A DNA stretch of 64,000 nt, from contig QOPD01000003.1 in assembly GCA_003331605.1 (NCBI GenBank), positions 11,716 to 75,715 of the forward strand, written 5' to 3'. A model generated the notes under the pieces. It was not told the origin of the DNA and made no database searches. It saw only the letters and a list, made by a program, of their open reading frames with translations. This document shows, piece by piece, positions 19,310 to 29,141 of this stretch; the first letter of the stretch is position 1; every line of letters begins with the position of its first letter. A program made the translations under genes and the position numbers. This DNA is from SAR86 cluster bacterium (GTDB taxonomy: Bacteria; Pseudomonadota; Gammaproteobacteria; Magnimaribacterales; TMED112).

Positions 19310-19449
19310 AAAAAATCAATCTTCCGGCAAAGATATGTCCTGTATGTAATAGAAGTTTTGATTGGCGAAAAAAATGGAGCAGAGATTGGGAAAATGTGAT
19401 TTACTGTAGTCAAAGGTGCAAAAGATCAAAAGATGGATCTGTTAAATAA
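19306..19449 (+). CDS. DUF2256-family small Cys-rich protein (47 aa)
   Basis: Below the ORF-track cutoff. TTG start; [40 protein letters not shown] matches the family pattern CxxCxRxFxWRKKW...YCSxRC. Confidence 0.88.
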   Translation: MKKINLPAKICPVCNRSFDWRKKWSRDWENVIYCSQRCKRSKDGSVK

Positions 19450-20956
19450 AAAATTCTTTTTACCCGTTCTGTTTTTTCTTTACATAACCATTCTCTTTTT
19501 AACTTTAACTGACTATGACGAGGGTGCATTTGCTGCAACCTCGCTTCAGATGCTTAGAGAAAGCCAATTTTTTATTCCCTATCTTGGAGATGGTTTAAGG
19601 CTTGAAAAGCCAATTCTCACTTACTGGATACAGGTAAGTTCGATTTCACTTTTTGGAGCATCTGAATTTGCTTTGAGGTTGCCATCGTTGATTGCAGCTT
19701 TTTTATGGGCTTATATCTTTGGAAAATTTATTAAGAACAAAATTCCTGGTAAAAGCCAAAGCAACTACATCTTCATATTGCTTACTCTTCCTGGGATTCT
19801 AGCAATGTCTGTGGTGGCAACGGCTGATGCATTTTTAAACCTTTTTATATGTTTAGTGATGATAAATATCTATAACTACTCTGATGCTAAAAAAGAAAAA
19901 TTCTTATTGAGGGCTGCATTTTATTTAGGTCTGGGCTTTCTAACAAAAGGTTTCGCAATTCTAGCAATTATTGGGCCAGCATCCTTGCTATATTTTCTAA
20001 TAAGTAAAAAATTAGATAGATTTTTTTCTGCTATCTTTAATGTGAAGGCTTGGATTATCTTTGGGTTAATCGTCGTACCTTGGTTTCTTGTACTATTTTT
20101 GAGAGAAGGTGCTAGCAGTGTAGAGTATCTTTTATTGGGCCAATCGTTTGGCAGGTTTTCAGACACCATGGAGAGCCATTCAGGAAGTGTTTTTTACTAC
20201 CTACTGCTCTTACCATTTTTAGTTTTTCCATATTTTCTAAATTTCTTAAATGGGCTAAGAAGAAGCTTTGCTGAAAAAAAACCCATCGATCTATTTTGCC
20301 TAATATGGTTCTTATGGGTACTAGTATTTTTTTCGTTTTCCTCAACAAAACTTCCACACTACCTTGTTTATGGTTTAACACCTGTTGTGTATTTTATTGA
20401 AAAAAACACAGCTTTATTAAGCAACCGAACCTATAGCTTAAATAACTTTCTAGCCCATACCTTGATGTTGTTATTTTATTTAAGCCTACCTTTTTTATTT
20501 GAATATGTTTATAACCTTGATCCCTCGATGGAAGCATCACCTTTGTTTATCAAAGAATTCTCAGGCAACTATCTTTTTATTGGTTCATGTATTCTTGGGG
20601 TGCTATTAATTTTCATTCTTCTTAGAGCTAAATATAAATATGTTAAGGGGCTACAATTTATGGCCTTATTTCAAGCATTCCTCCTAACCATTTTTGTCAT
20701 TCCTTCAGCTGTAACAGTAATGCAAGCAGATCTTAAATCTTTAGGTATATATGCAAAAACAAATAACATCAGCTTTGCCGTAAATAAAATAAATAAACCA
20801 ACCCTATCTTTTTATTCAAGCACAAATTATCTAAGAGATATTGAGGATAGTGAATATTTTATAACCCGAATCGACAAAGTTGATATTCAGAGATATGAGG
20901 TTATCCAGAAAAGAGGAAACTATATTTTGTTAAGGCAGAAGTATGATGAAAACTAG
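19433..20956 (+). CDS. ArnT/PMT-like GT-C membrane glycosyltransferase
   Basis: [28 protein letters not shown]; many TM helices. Confidence 0.88.
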   Translation: MDLLNKKFFLPVLFFLYITILFLTLTDYDEGAFAATSLQMLRESQFFIPYLGDGLRLEKPILTYWIQVSSISLFGASEFALRLPSLIAAFLWAYIFGKFIKNKIPGKSQSNYIFILLTLPGILAMSVVATADAFLNLFICLVMINIYNYSDAKKEKFLLRAAFYLGLGFLTKGFAILAIIGPASLLYFLISKKLDRFFSAIFNVKAWIIFGLIVVPWFLVLFLREGASSVEYLLLGQSFGRFSDTMESHSGSVFYYLLLLPFLVFPYFLNFLNGLRRSFAEKKPIDLFCLIWFLWVLVFFSFSSTKLPHYLVYGLTPVVYFIEKNTALLSNRTYSLNNFLAHTLMLLFYLSLPFLFEYVYNLDPSMEASPLFIKEFSGNYLFIGSCILGVLLIFILLRAKYKYVKGLQFMALFQAFLLTIFVIPSAVTVMQADLKSLGIYAKTNNISFAVNKINKPTLSFYSSTNYLRDIEDSEYFITRIDKVDIQRYEVIQKRGNYILLRQKYDEN

Positions 20957-21638
20957 AACAAGATATTTTTTGCTGGCCTTAACAATTATACTTATTTCGT
21001 TAAAACTATTTCCTGCTCTTGATTTATATGCTCTGAAATCTTTGAATAAATTGTTTTTTGATGAACGAACCTTTGCAGTAATAACTGATATGGGAAATGC
21101 ATTTTTTATTACGGCATTTATAATTCCTGCACTTATTTGTTATTCAAATTTTAATAGCAAAATTAATTCTGTTTCAGCAAGTATTTTGGTAATCCCCAGC
21201 TTGGCATTTGGCCTATTCATTCAGCTAGTAAAAAGCTTAGTTAACGCCCCAAGACCTGCAGGAGTTAGCGATATTAATATAAATTTTCTTGAGCCTGTTT
21301 TTCAATCAAATTCATTTCCGAGTGGACACACAGCATCAATTTTTATCGTTTGTTTAATTTGGTTAAAAGTTGCACTTACAAATACTAGAGGATATCAGAT
21401 GCATTATTTTGTTATTGTGCTTTGTGCTTTAGTTATTTCATTGACCAGGGTCATTGTCGGCGCACATTGGCTATCAGATGTACTGGCAAGCATTTTATTT
21501 GCTTGGTTATTTACGGAATTATTTTTAAAGCATTTTCTGAAAATCAGCAGATCAAAGATCGCAGTCTATAGCTCATGGGGAATTATATTGTGTGCTTGGT
21601 ATGGAGTATTTTTTATGGAGGTATTTGATTATATCTGA
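20943..21638 (+). CDS. PAP2 lipid phosphatase
   Basis: KxxxxxxRP, PSGH, TRxxxxxHxxxD. Confidence 0.9.
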   Translation: MMKTRTRYFLLALTIILISLKLFPALDLYALKSLNKLFFDERTFAVITDMGNAFFITAFIIPALICYSNFNSKINSVSASILVIPSLAFGLFIQLVKSLVNAPRPAGVSDININFLEPVFQSNSFPSGHTASIFIVCLIWLKVALTNTRGYQMHYFVIVLCALVISLTRVIVGAHWLSDVLASILFAWLFTELFLKHFLKISRSKIAVYSSWGIILCAWYGVFFMEVFDYI

Positions 21639-22159
21639 TGAGCTTTGACCTAGTTTTCTCAATCTGGCTTGCCGAAATCAGGGTATTAGAAACATTTTTT
21701 TCTTTTATTTCTGGACGAGTTTTTTCATTTTCTTTGTTTGGCATTTTTGCGCTTTTTATGCTGTATCAGAAGAGATACAAAGACCTTGTTTTTGTTTTTT
21801 TAGCACTTATTTTTGGCGACTTGATAGGGGCACAGCTTAAAGATTTAATTCAGGAGCCAAGACCCTGTTTTGGAAATTTTGAAGTATTTTCTAATCTTAA
21901 TATTGTTGAGCAACCCTGTGGTTCAAGATTAACTGGAATGCCCTCCAATCATGCACTTAATTTCTTCCTTTTTGCCACAGTGCTTTATCTATTGACGCGA
22001 CAAAAAGTACTAAGCGTAGCGTTATTCTTGATTGCATCTGCAGTGGCGCTATCAAGAGTTTTTTTAATCAAACATTTATTAAGTCAAGTGATCATTGGGG
22101 CTGCTTTAGGTATAATGCTCGGCATAACTTTCTATAATATTTATAAAAGAATAAGATGA
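21638..22159 (+). CDS. PAP2 lipid phosphatase (variant motifs)
   Basis: KDLIQEPRP, PSNH, SRxxxxxHxxxQ. Confidence 0.82.
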   Translation: MSFDLVFSIWLAEIRVLETFFSFISGRVFSFSLFGIFALFMLYQKRYKDLVFVFLALIFGDLIGAQLKDLIQEPRPCFGNFEVFSNLNIVEQPCGSRLTGMPSNHALNFFLFATVLYLLTRQKVLSVALFLIASAVALSRVFLIKHLLSQVIIGAALGIMLGITFYNIYKRIR

Positions 22160-23124
22160 CAAAAAATTTAGACATCTCAATTATTTCACCAATTTATAAT
22201 GAAGTAGAAAATATCGATCCCTTTATTAAGTCGGTTGAAGAAACAATGTCCGCCCAGAATTGGTCTTGGGAGCTAATACTTATTGATGATGGGAGCAATG
22301 ATGGCTCTCTTGAAAAACTTAAATCCATCAGCAAAGAAAAAACAAACATAAGGGTATTGGCTCTTTCCAAAAACTTTGGTCAAACGCCTGCCATTCAAGC
22401 TGGCTTTGATAATGCTAATGGTAAGCACTATGTAACACTTGATAGTGATTTGCAAAATGATCCCAAGGATATTCCCTTGATCATTAATAAACTTATTCAT
22501 GAAGATTTAGATCTAGTTGTGGGATGGAGGAAAAAAAGAAAAGATAATTTCTTTATGCGGAATCTGCCATCAATGATTGCAAACAACTTAATAGGAATGA
22601 TCACCAAAGTTAAATTAAATGATTATGGATGTAGCTTAAAAGCGTATAACTCGGAAATACTCAAAGAAGTTAAGCTTTATGGAGAAATGCACAGATTTAT
22701 TCCAGCTTGGATGGCCACAAAAATACCACCTCATAAAATAGATGAAGTTGAAGTAAGTCATCATCCCAGAATTGCAGGAGAGTCAAAATATGGCATCTCC
22801 AGAACTTTCCGAGTGTTCTTAGACCTTATCTCAGTGTACTTTTTTATGAGGTTTTTCAGCAGACCAGGCCATTTCTTTGGTTTAATTGGTTTAGTCATGA
22901 GTTTTTTTGGACTACTTATTTTAGGCTATTTGGTCTCACTAAAATTATTTTATGGGTTGGATATTGGCGATAGACCACTTTTAATAGCCGGTACAATTTT
23001 ATTGGTTGTTGGCGTGCAATTTATTAGTCTTGGTGTCATAGGAGAGATCTTAAGTCGAACCTACTTTGCATCTAGCAAAGAAAAGTCATATTTCATTAGA
23101 TGGGATTCAAATAATAATAAATGA
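22156..23124 (+). CDS. GT2 polyprenyl-phosphate glycosyltransferase (ArnC/GtrB-like)
   Basis: DDGSND, NFGQT, DSDLQ, two C-terminal TMs. Confidence 0.9.
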   Translation: MTKNLDISIISPIYNEVENIDPFIKSVEETMSAQNWSWELILIDDGSNDGSLEKLKSISKEKTNIRVLALSKNFGQTPAIQAGFDNANGKHYVTLDSDLQNDPKDIPLIINKLIHEDLDLVVGWRKKRKDNFFMRNLPSMIANNLIGMITKVKLNDYGCSLKAYNSEILKEVKLYGEMHRFIPAWMATKIPPHKIDEVEVSHHPRIAGESKYGISRTFRVFLDLISVYFFMRFFSRPGHFFGLIGLVMSFFGLLILGYLVSLKLFYGLDIGDRPLLIAGTILLVVGVQFISLGVIGEILSRTYFASSKEKSYFIRWDSNNNK

Positions 23125-24119
23125 AAATTGCAGTCATAGGGTCTGGCAAGTTTGGCAGAGTTCTCGCTCAAATTTTGGGCGAAAATGGTCATGAAGTGAT
23201 CATTTACTCAAGAAGGCAGACTGAAGTAAATTCGATTAATAAAGATAAGAAGAGTAGCTCAGGCTTTAAGTTTAATAATGCAAGCAACATTTGGGCAACC
23301 AATGAAGTAGCAGATTTAAGTTCCGCAGTTTATATTTTAATTTCCGTATCTAGTAAAGATTTCAGGGAAGTGATGGGTTCTGTAGTGCCTGGAATGTCTT
23401 CTCAAGTATTTGTAAGTTGTGTCAAGGGTTTTGAAGAGAGTACAGGCAAACTGATGACCGAAATTCTTAATTCTGATTTTGGTATTTCTGAAGATAGATT
23501 AGTGGTCTTAAGTGGTCCAAATCTATCAAAAGAGTTAAGTAATTTTGAGTTAACCGGTACGGTTTTGGCAGGGAAAAATAATGATATTTTACAGGAGCTT
23601 GCTGAGGTCCTGAAAAATAACTATTTCATACCTTATTTAAATAACGACATGAATGGAGTTGAAATGGGTGGTGCATTAAAAAATATCTATGCGATAGTAT
23701 CTGGCTATTTTCATCAAAAAGGCGTTGGTGAGAATACAATAGGACTGCTCTTAACAAAATGTCTTGAAGAAATGAGATTATTTAGCCAAGCAAAAGGAGC
23801 AAACTCTTCAACATTCTTGGGCCTGTCAGGAGTCGGAGATTTCTTTTCAACTGCTTTATCAAAAGACTCGAGAAATTATAGGTTTGGCGCTTCGCTAGCT
23901 AAAGATCTCTCTGTTGAAGAAGCATTAAAAGAAGTTAACGATACAGTTGAAGGTTATCAAACCTCTTTAATTGTTTTTGAAGAAGCTCAAAAGGTAAATC
24001 TTAATTTAGAAATTCTTAATTTCCTCATTTCAGTTTATGAATCTGCAAAAAGTCTTGAGGAGGCTAAAGAAATATTTAGAGGTAAGTTAATCGAAGAAGA
24101 CATCAAGCTTAAAGGCTAG
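23121..24119 (+). CDS. gpsA: NAD(P)H-dependent glycerol-3-phosphate dehydrogenase
   Basis: GSGKFG, SGPN, GALKN, GVGD, SRN. Confidence 0.93.
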   Translation: MKIAVIGSGKFGRVLAQILGENGHEVIIYSRRQTEVNSINKDKKSSSGFKFNNASNIWATNEVADLSSAVYILISVSSKDFREVMGSVVPGMSSQVFVSCVKGFEESTGKLMTEILNSDFGISEDRLVVLSGPNLSKELSNFELTGTVLAGKNNDILQELAEVLKNNYFIPYLNNDMNGVEMGGALKNIYAIVSGYFHQKGVGENTIGLLLTKCLEEMRLFSQAKGANSSTFLGLSGVGDFFSTALSKDSRNYRFGASLAKDLSVEEALKEVNDTVEGYQTSLIVFEEAQKVNLNLEILNFLISVYESAKSLEEAKEIFRGKLIEEDIKLKG

Positions 24120-25846
24120 ACAGAATAGTCTTCATCCCCCAAGTCAGAAGAAAGCTCGTAGTCAAAACCAGTAGAAGTTTTGATATTCGTTCTAGAGATA
24201 TCCAAATCCGTTAAATCCAGGACATCTTTATCAAACTCATAGATAGGTTCGACTTCATTATTGATAGCTGCTAATTTATTTTGAGCTCTGGATTCTAAAG
24301 TTTTTTCTTGTAGTCCTTGCCATTTGCTGAGTTCAGAACTGCTATATCTTTTGTTAATAAGCTCTAATGTGAGGTCTTGTGAAATAAGAGCAGACGTAGC
24401 ATTGTTGCCGCCAAACCCTTTTGAATTCAGGAACACAATATCTTTTTTATCTTGAAATTCTCTATCCTCCATGAAATAGTCTAGATTTTCTGTGAATACA
24501 TCATCGGCAAGTTTTGGAATTGTGCATATCCCCGAAAGTTTTTGGCTATCTAATGCACCTAAAGCCGACCATACCTGGTCCATGCCTGCTGTTCCCATAG
24601 TATGTCCTAACTTGGATTTTACTGAGGTAACAGGCATATCTCTTACCTGAAATTCTTTGGCAAAAGTCGACATTATATGTGATTCAGTAATTCTATTTAG
24701 TGGGGTGCCTGTACCATGTGAAATAAAACAAGATTGATTTTGAAGCACTTTTTCGCCAAAAACTTTCTCAACATCTTTAAAAGTTTTGCCAACTGAAAAG
24801 TAATTGCCTGCACCAGGTCCTGAAATTGATTTTTTATTACCGTCAGCATTGATATTTACATTTAAGAAAGCTCCTCTAATGTTGGCACCTGTTTCTAGTG
24901 CTAATCTATCGCTCATTAATATTGCAAAGCCTGCTGATTCTCCACAAACCATTCCCATATTATCTCCAAATGGCCGACAGAAGTTTTTATAGTTAAGATC
25001 TTCACCTTCACCTAACAGCGCTTGTAGGTTTTTCATCCTTTCATCAGTTGCCATAGCTCCCATTGCACTAAACCCTATGTATGCCGGTGGCCCTAAGATT
25101 GCCTCTGCAGCGCCAACAATAACTAGCTCACTTTTTCCGCTTTTTATAAGCTCTACTCCAGCATTGAGATTATACAAAGAGGTAGCGCATGCCCCTATAA
25201 AGTGACCAGTTATTCCAAGACTACCTGTAACGTAAGCATTTATAAAATCTGCTGTCATTTCAGGTAGAGTAAAAGAGATATGCTTAGAGGTTGCTCTTTG
25301 TCCTAAAGGGTGAGATGCAAAGAGACCATCCCCTGAGTGCCTGTCCATATTCATAACAGCACAGCCAGCAAAGCAACCAACCTTATCTCTGCCATAGTTA
25401 TCAATGTTTTTCTTTAGGTCTAGACCTGTATCAGAAATTGCATCAGCGATTCCTAGAATAGACATTCCTAATGCCTTGGGATGTTGTCTGGAAGCATAGT
25501 GCTTAACAGGGTCGAGTTGAAAAGGTAGCTGGGCACATGCATTTGCTGGCATCTCATAGTCATATGTCCAAAAGGTTTCCCTAAAAAACTTGTAATCAAG
25601 TTGTCTCATTAGGGTATTGTTTAAAACCTCTTCCTCCTTGCTCTTAACAAACTGATCAATTTGAGAGCTATCTAATGTTTCATCAATGAGACCACACAGA
25701 TACAGTACAGATTTAAGGTAATTTGTTTTCTCTTCATCTGACTGAAAGTCATAAGTCATCCTTGAATAACTTAGGTTATGTGATGCTCTGCCAGCAGGGG
25801 TAATGCCCCCAAAGCCAACCAGACATGGAATGGGTTTATTGCTCAC
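24116..25846 (-). CDS. Beta-ketoacyl synthase, FabY-like
   Basis: VGFGGI..AGR.S.H N-terminus, GACAT, HGTGTP, KxxLGH, NSKGFGGNNA. Confidence 0.8.
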   Translation of the reverse strand: MSNKPIPCLVGFGGITPAGRASHNLSYSRMTYDFQSDEEKTNYLKSVLYLCGLIDETLDSSQIDQFVKSKEEEVLNNTLMRQLDYKFFRETFWTYDYEMPANACAQLPFQLDPVKHYASRQHPKALGMSILGIADAISDTGLDLKKNIDNYGRDKVGCFAGCAVMNMDRHSGDGLFASHPLGQRATSKHISFTLPEMTADFINAYVTGSLGITGHFIGACATSLYNLNAGVELIKSGKSELVIVGAAEAILGPPAYIGFSAMGAMATDERMKNLQALLGEGEDLNYKNFCRPFGDNMGMVCGESAGFAILMSDRLALETGANIRGAFLNVNINADGNKKSISGPGAGNYFSVGKTFKDVEKVFGEKVLQNQSCFISHGTGTPLNRITESHIMSTFAKEFQVRDMPVTSVKSKLGHTMGTAGMDQVWSALGALDSQKLSGICTIPKLADDVFTENLDYFMEDREFQDKKDIVFLNSKGFGGNNATSALISQDLTLELINKRYSSSELSKWQGLQEKTLESRAQNKLAAINNEVEPIYEFDKDVLDLTDLDISRTNIKTSTGFDYELSSDLGDEDYSV

Positions 25847-26690
25847 TACAGTTTTTCTCCATTGCGTTTACTGTGTTTAGTATCAAAGTATTTATTGTCA
25901 TTGGGCCAACCCCTCCAGGGACTGGTGTATAAGCTGAAACTATATCTTCTATCCCTTTCATGTCAACATCTCCACATTTCTCAGAAGGGTGATACCCTGC
26001 ATCTACCAACACAGAACCTTTCTTGAGCATTTTACAATTGATAAATTTAGGAATACCTACTGCAGCGACCACAATTTCGGCATCGCAAATTAACTTTTCT
26101 AAATTTTTTGTTTTTGAATGTGCAGTAATAACAGTAGCATCGGCGTTGAGCAATAAGGCAGACATTGGTTTTCCTAAAATCTGACTTCTACCAATTACAA
26201 GAGCAAGCTTCCCACTACAATCGATTTGGAAATTTTCTAATAAGCGCATTATTCCATAAGGTGTACAGGATTTAAAAGCTTCAAGACCCATTGCCATATT
26301 TCCATAGCCATTGGTGGAAACTCCATCTACATCTTTATGCAAGGCTATCGCATTAAAGCATTTTTGTTCATCGATATGTTTGGGGGCAGGATGTTGCAAA
26401 AGTATGCCATCGACCGAACTGTCTTGATTTATGGCTTCAATAAGCTCTAACAGTTCTTCCGTTGTTGCCTGTTCTGGAACATGATGTGTCATTGTTTTAA
26501 CCCCTAGAGATTTGCATGCTTTCTCTTTCATGGACACATAGGTTTTTGATGCCGGATCTTCTCCAACAATTATTGCTGCAAGGGCAGGGGGTCTCTTGAA
26601 TTTATCAGTCAGAATATTTGCTCGTTTAGCAATTTCAAGATTGCTTTTTTCAGCAAGAGATTTTCCATCAAGAATAATAGGGTTTACCAT
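25836..26690 (-). CDS. folD: Bifunctional methylene-THF dehydrogenase/cyclohydrolase
   Basis: YxxxK, KDVDG, PVPGGVGPMT. Confidence 0.96.
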   Translation of the reverse strand: MVNPIILDGKSLAEKSNLEIAKRANILTDKFKRPPALAAIIVGEDPASKTYVSMKEKACKSLGVKTMTHHVPEQATTEELLELIEAINQDSSVDGILLQHPAPKHIDEQKCFNAIALHKDVDGVSTNGYGNMAMGLEAFKSCTPYGIMRLLENFQIDCSGKLALVIGRSQILGKPMSALLLNADATVITAHSKTKNLEKLICDAEIVVAAVGIPKFINCKMLKKGSVLVDAGYHPSEKCGDVDMKGIEDIVSAYTPVPGGVGPMTINTLILNTVNAMEKNCSEQ

Positions 26691-26739
26691 TAAAATTTTT
26701 GCTTGAAGTTAAAGCACATAGTTTATATGATTTCCCTTT

Positions 26740-26816
26740 CGGGGCATAGCGCAGTCTGGTAGCGCACCTGGTTTGGGACCAGGTGGTCGCAGGTTCAAAT
26801 CCTGCTGCCCCGACCA
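26740..26816 (+). tRNA. tRNA-Pro(TGG)
   Basis: Acceptor CGGGGCA/TGCCCCG, anticodon TGG, CCA. Confidence 0.97.
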
Positions 26817-26893
26817 GCGCCAGTAGCTCAGCTGGATAGAGCAGTAGCCTTCTAAGCTATTGGTCGGGGGTTCGAATCCTCCCTGGCGCGCCA
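26817..26893 (+). tRNA. tRNA-Arg(TCT)
   Basis: Acceptor GCGCCAG/CTGGCGC, anticodon TCT, CCA. Confidence 0.97.
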
Positions 26894-26899
26894 ATTTCT

Positions 26900-28300
26900 T
26901 TAGATTCCTATGCTCTTATACGAGTTAACCAACTTTTGAATGGAATAGATGTAAGCGGTTGTTCTTAGTGAGGGGTAATTATTTGTATTCCATATTTCAC
27001 TCATATTTTCATAAGCTTCAGTCATCATGTCTTCAAGCCCAGATCGGACTAGGTCTATTTCAGAACTACCAGCATTAAATATCGATTTTTCTCGCTGAGA
27101 GACCCTCGATCCAGTGGTATTTTCAATAATATTAATCAAAGAAGCATTCTCATATTGTTTTCTCCTTTTTTCCATTCTGCCAAATCTCATATGTGATAGG
27201 TTTCTTACCCATTCAAAGTAACTGACTGCAACACCACCAGCATTCGCGTAAAGATCTGGGATGATTAAAACCCCTTTTTTATTTAAGTAGTAATCTGCTC
27301 TTGATGTTAAAGGGCCATTGGCACCTTCGCAGATAATTTTTGCATTAAGCAAGTTATGGTTTTCTTCAGTAACAGTTCCTTCTTGTGCTGCAGGTATAAA
27401 AATATCACATTCGGCAGCAAAAACCTCTTCTTTAGATTTTAGTTGTTTAGGGTTGGGGAAATCTTCTTTTTGTCTTGATTCAGCCATCCATGATTTGATC
27501 AAATCTAGATCGAGGCCTTTAGGATCATAAAAAGCTATGTCCTTTTCAATAATTCCAATAATACTACACCCATACTCTTTTAGACATCCTGCTGCGTGGA
27601 AACCCACCTTACCGAGACCCTCAACAATTATTTTCTGTGAGCTGAGTTTTCCCTTAATAGCAGATTTCTTAACATCCTTACTATTAAAGAAAGCATTTAG
27701 AGCATAAAAAATTCCTCTACCAGTTGCTTCGGTTCTACCATTGACACCTCCCATTCCAATAGGTTTACCAGTAACGCAAGCAAATGCGTTTATTTCATGA
27801 GGGTTTAGCCTTCTATATTCATCAGCTATCCATGCCATCTCTCGTTCACTTGTACCCATATCAGGAGCGGGAACATTTAAGCTAGGTGAGATTAATCCTC
27901 TTTTTGATAACTCTTCAGTAAAACGTCTTGTGATTTTTTCTAAATCTTCCTCATCGTATTTTTTTGGATTTATTTTTAAGCCTCCCTTTGAGCCTCCAAA
28001 AGGAACATCAACTACAGCATTTTTATATGTCATTAAGGCTGCCATAGCTTCAATTTCCGATGCAGTTACGTTTGGAGCATATCTTATACCACCCTTTACA
28101 GGTTCTAAGTGTTCTGAATGAACAGCCCTGTAGCCAGTAAATACCTCGATTCCTTTTTTTAGTTTTACCCCAAACCTTACTGTATATGTATTGTTGCAAG
28201 ATCGTATTTGCTCTGCTAAACCTGGCTCAATGCCAAGTAGATCTACGGCATTATCGAACATCTTAGTAATGCTCTTTAAAAATAGATTATTTACCCCCAT
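26900..28300 (-). CDS. gdhA: Glu/Leu/Phe/Val dehydrogenase (glutamate dehydrogenase)
   Basis: KGGIRY, PFGGSKGG, VPAPD, NAGGVAVSYFEW. Confidence 0.9.
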   Translation of the reverse strand: MGVNNLFLKSITKMFDNAVDLLGIEPGLAEQIRSCNNTYTVRFGVKLKKGIEVFTGYRAVHSEHLEPVKGGIRYAPNVTASEIEAMAALMTYKNAVVDVPFGGSKGGLKINPKKYDEEDLEKITRRFTEELSKRGLISPSLNVPAPDMGTSEREMAWIADEYRRLNPHEINAFACVTGKPIGMGGVNGRTEATGRGIFYALNAFFNSKDVKKSAIKGKLSSQKIIVEGLGKVGFHAAGCLKEYGCSIIGIIEKDIAFYDPKGLDLDLIKSWMAESRQKEDFPNPKQLKSKEEVFAAECDIFIPAAQEGTVTEENHNLLNAKIICEGANGPLTSRADYYLNKKGVLIIPDLYANAGGVAVSYFEWVRNLSHMRFGRMEKRRKQYENASLINIIENTTGSRVSQREKSIFNAGSSEIDLVRSGLEDMMTEAYENMSEIWNTNNYPSLRTTAYIYSIQKLVNSYKSIGI

Positions 28301-28360
28301 GTTATTACCCCTTGTTGGTGATAATGATATAATTTTTTTTTCTAAAACACACGAAAAAAT

Positions 28361-28438
28361 GGTGGGCGTAGCTCAGTTGGTTAGAGCGCCGGTTTGTGGC
28401 ACCGGAGGTCGAGGGTTCAACCCCCTTCGTCCACCCCA
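28361..28438 (+). tRNA. tRNA-His(GTG)
   Basis: G-1 present, acceptor GTGGGCG/CGTCCAC, anticodon GTG, CCA. Confidence 0.96.
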
Positions 28439-28548
28439 ATTTACATCATGTTTTCAGAAAAGAAACCCAAGTTTCATCAAATAATTAAGAAGTTTTGAGA
28501 TTTTAGCTGATATATTGATTTATATATAATCTGCACTATATTAGAAGT

Positions 28549-29139
28549 ATGTTTGAAAATAATTTAGTACCAATGGTTGTTGAGCAATCATCTCGCGGTG
28601 AAAGGGCATTTGATATATTTTCCAGACTTCTTAAGGACAGGATAATTTTTATTGTTGGCGGAATTGATGACTACGTCGCTAATCTGGTTGTGGCTCAATT
28701 GCTTTTCCTTGAGTCTGAGGATCCAAAGAAAGACATTTATTTATACATTAATTCCCCTGGAGGGGTCATCACATCTGGTCTTTCTATTTTAGATACAATG
28801 AATTATCTAAAATGTGATGTTTCAACAGTTTGTTTCGGCCAGGCGGCGAGCATGGGCGCTGTACTTTTAGCGGCCGGTAAGAAAGAAAAAAGGTTTGTGT
28901 TGCCAAATAGTAGAGTAATGATACACCAACCACTCGGGGGGGCACGGGGACAAGAAACGGATATTCAAATCCAAGCAAAAGAAATAAAGACTCTTAGAGA
29001 AAGATTAAATGGTATCTTGGCTAACTGCTCTGGTCAGTCGATTAAGAAAATTGAAAAAGATACTGAACGTGACTTTTTCATGGATGCTCAAGCTGCAATT
29101 AAATACGGTCTGGCGGATAAGGTATTAGAAAAAAGGTAA
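28549..29139 (+). CDS. clpP: ATP-dependent Clp protease proteolytic subunit
   Basis: NSPGG, AASMG, MIHQP. Confidence 0.98.
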   Translation: MFENNLVPMVVEQSSRGERAFDIFSRLLKDRIIFIVGGIDDYVANLVVAQLLFLESEDPKKDIYLYINSPGGVITSGLSILDTMNYLKCDVSTVCFGQAASMGAVLLAAGKKEKRFVLPNSRVMIHQPLGGARGQETDIQIQAKEIKTLRERLNGILANCSGQSIKKIEKDTERDFFMDAQAAIKYGLADKVLEKR

Positions 29140-29141
29140 AG

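Noticed and set aside
26709-26894. 61-aa ORF MARQGGFEPPT...
   Set aside because: Reverse-complement translation of tRNA-Arg and tRNA-Pro
28301-28360. Searched for a tRNA-Arg 3' duplicate bounding gdhA
   Set aside because: None visible, so no mobile-element call was made
28191-28484. 97-aa ORF
   Set aside because: Antisense to gdhA and runs through tRNA-His
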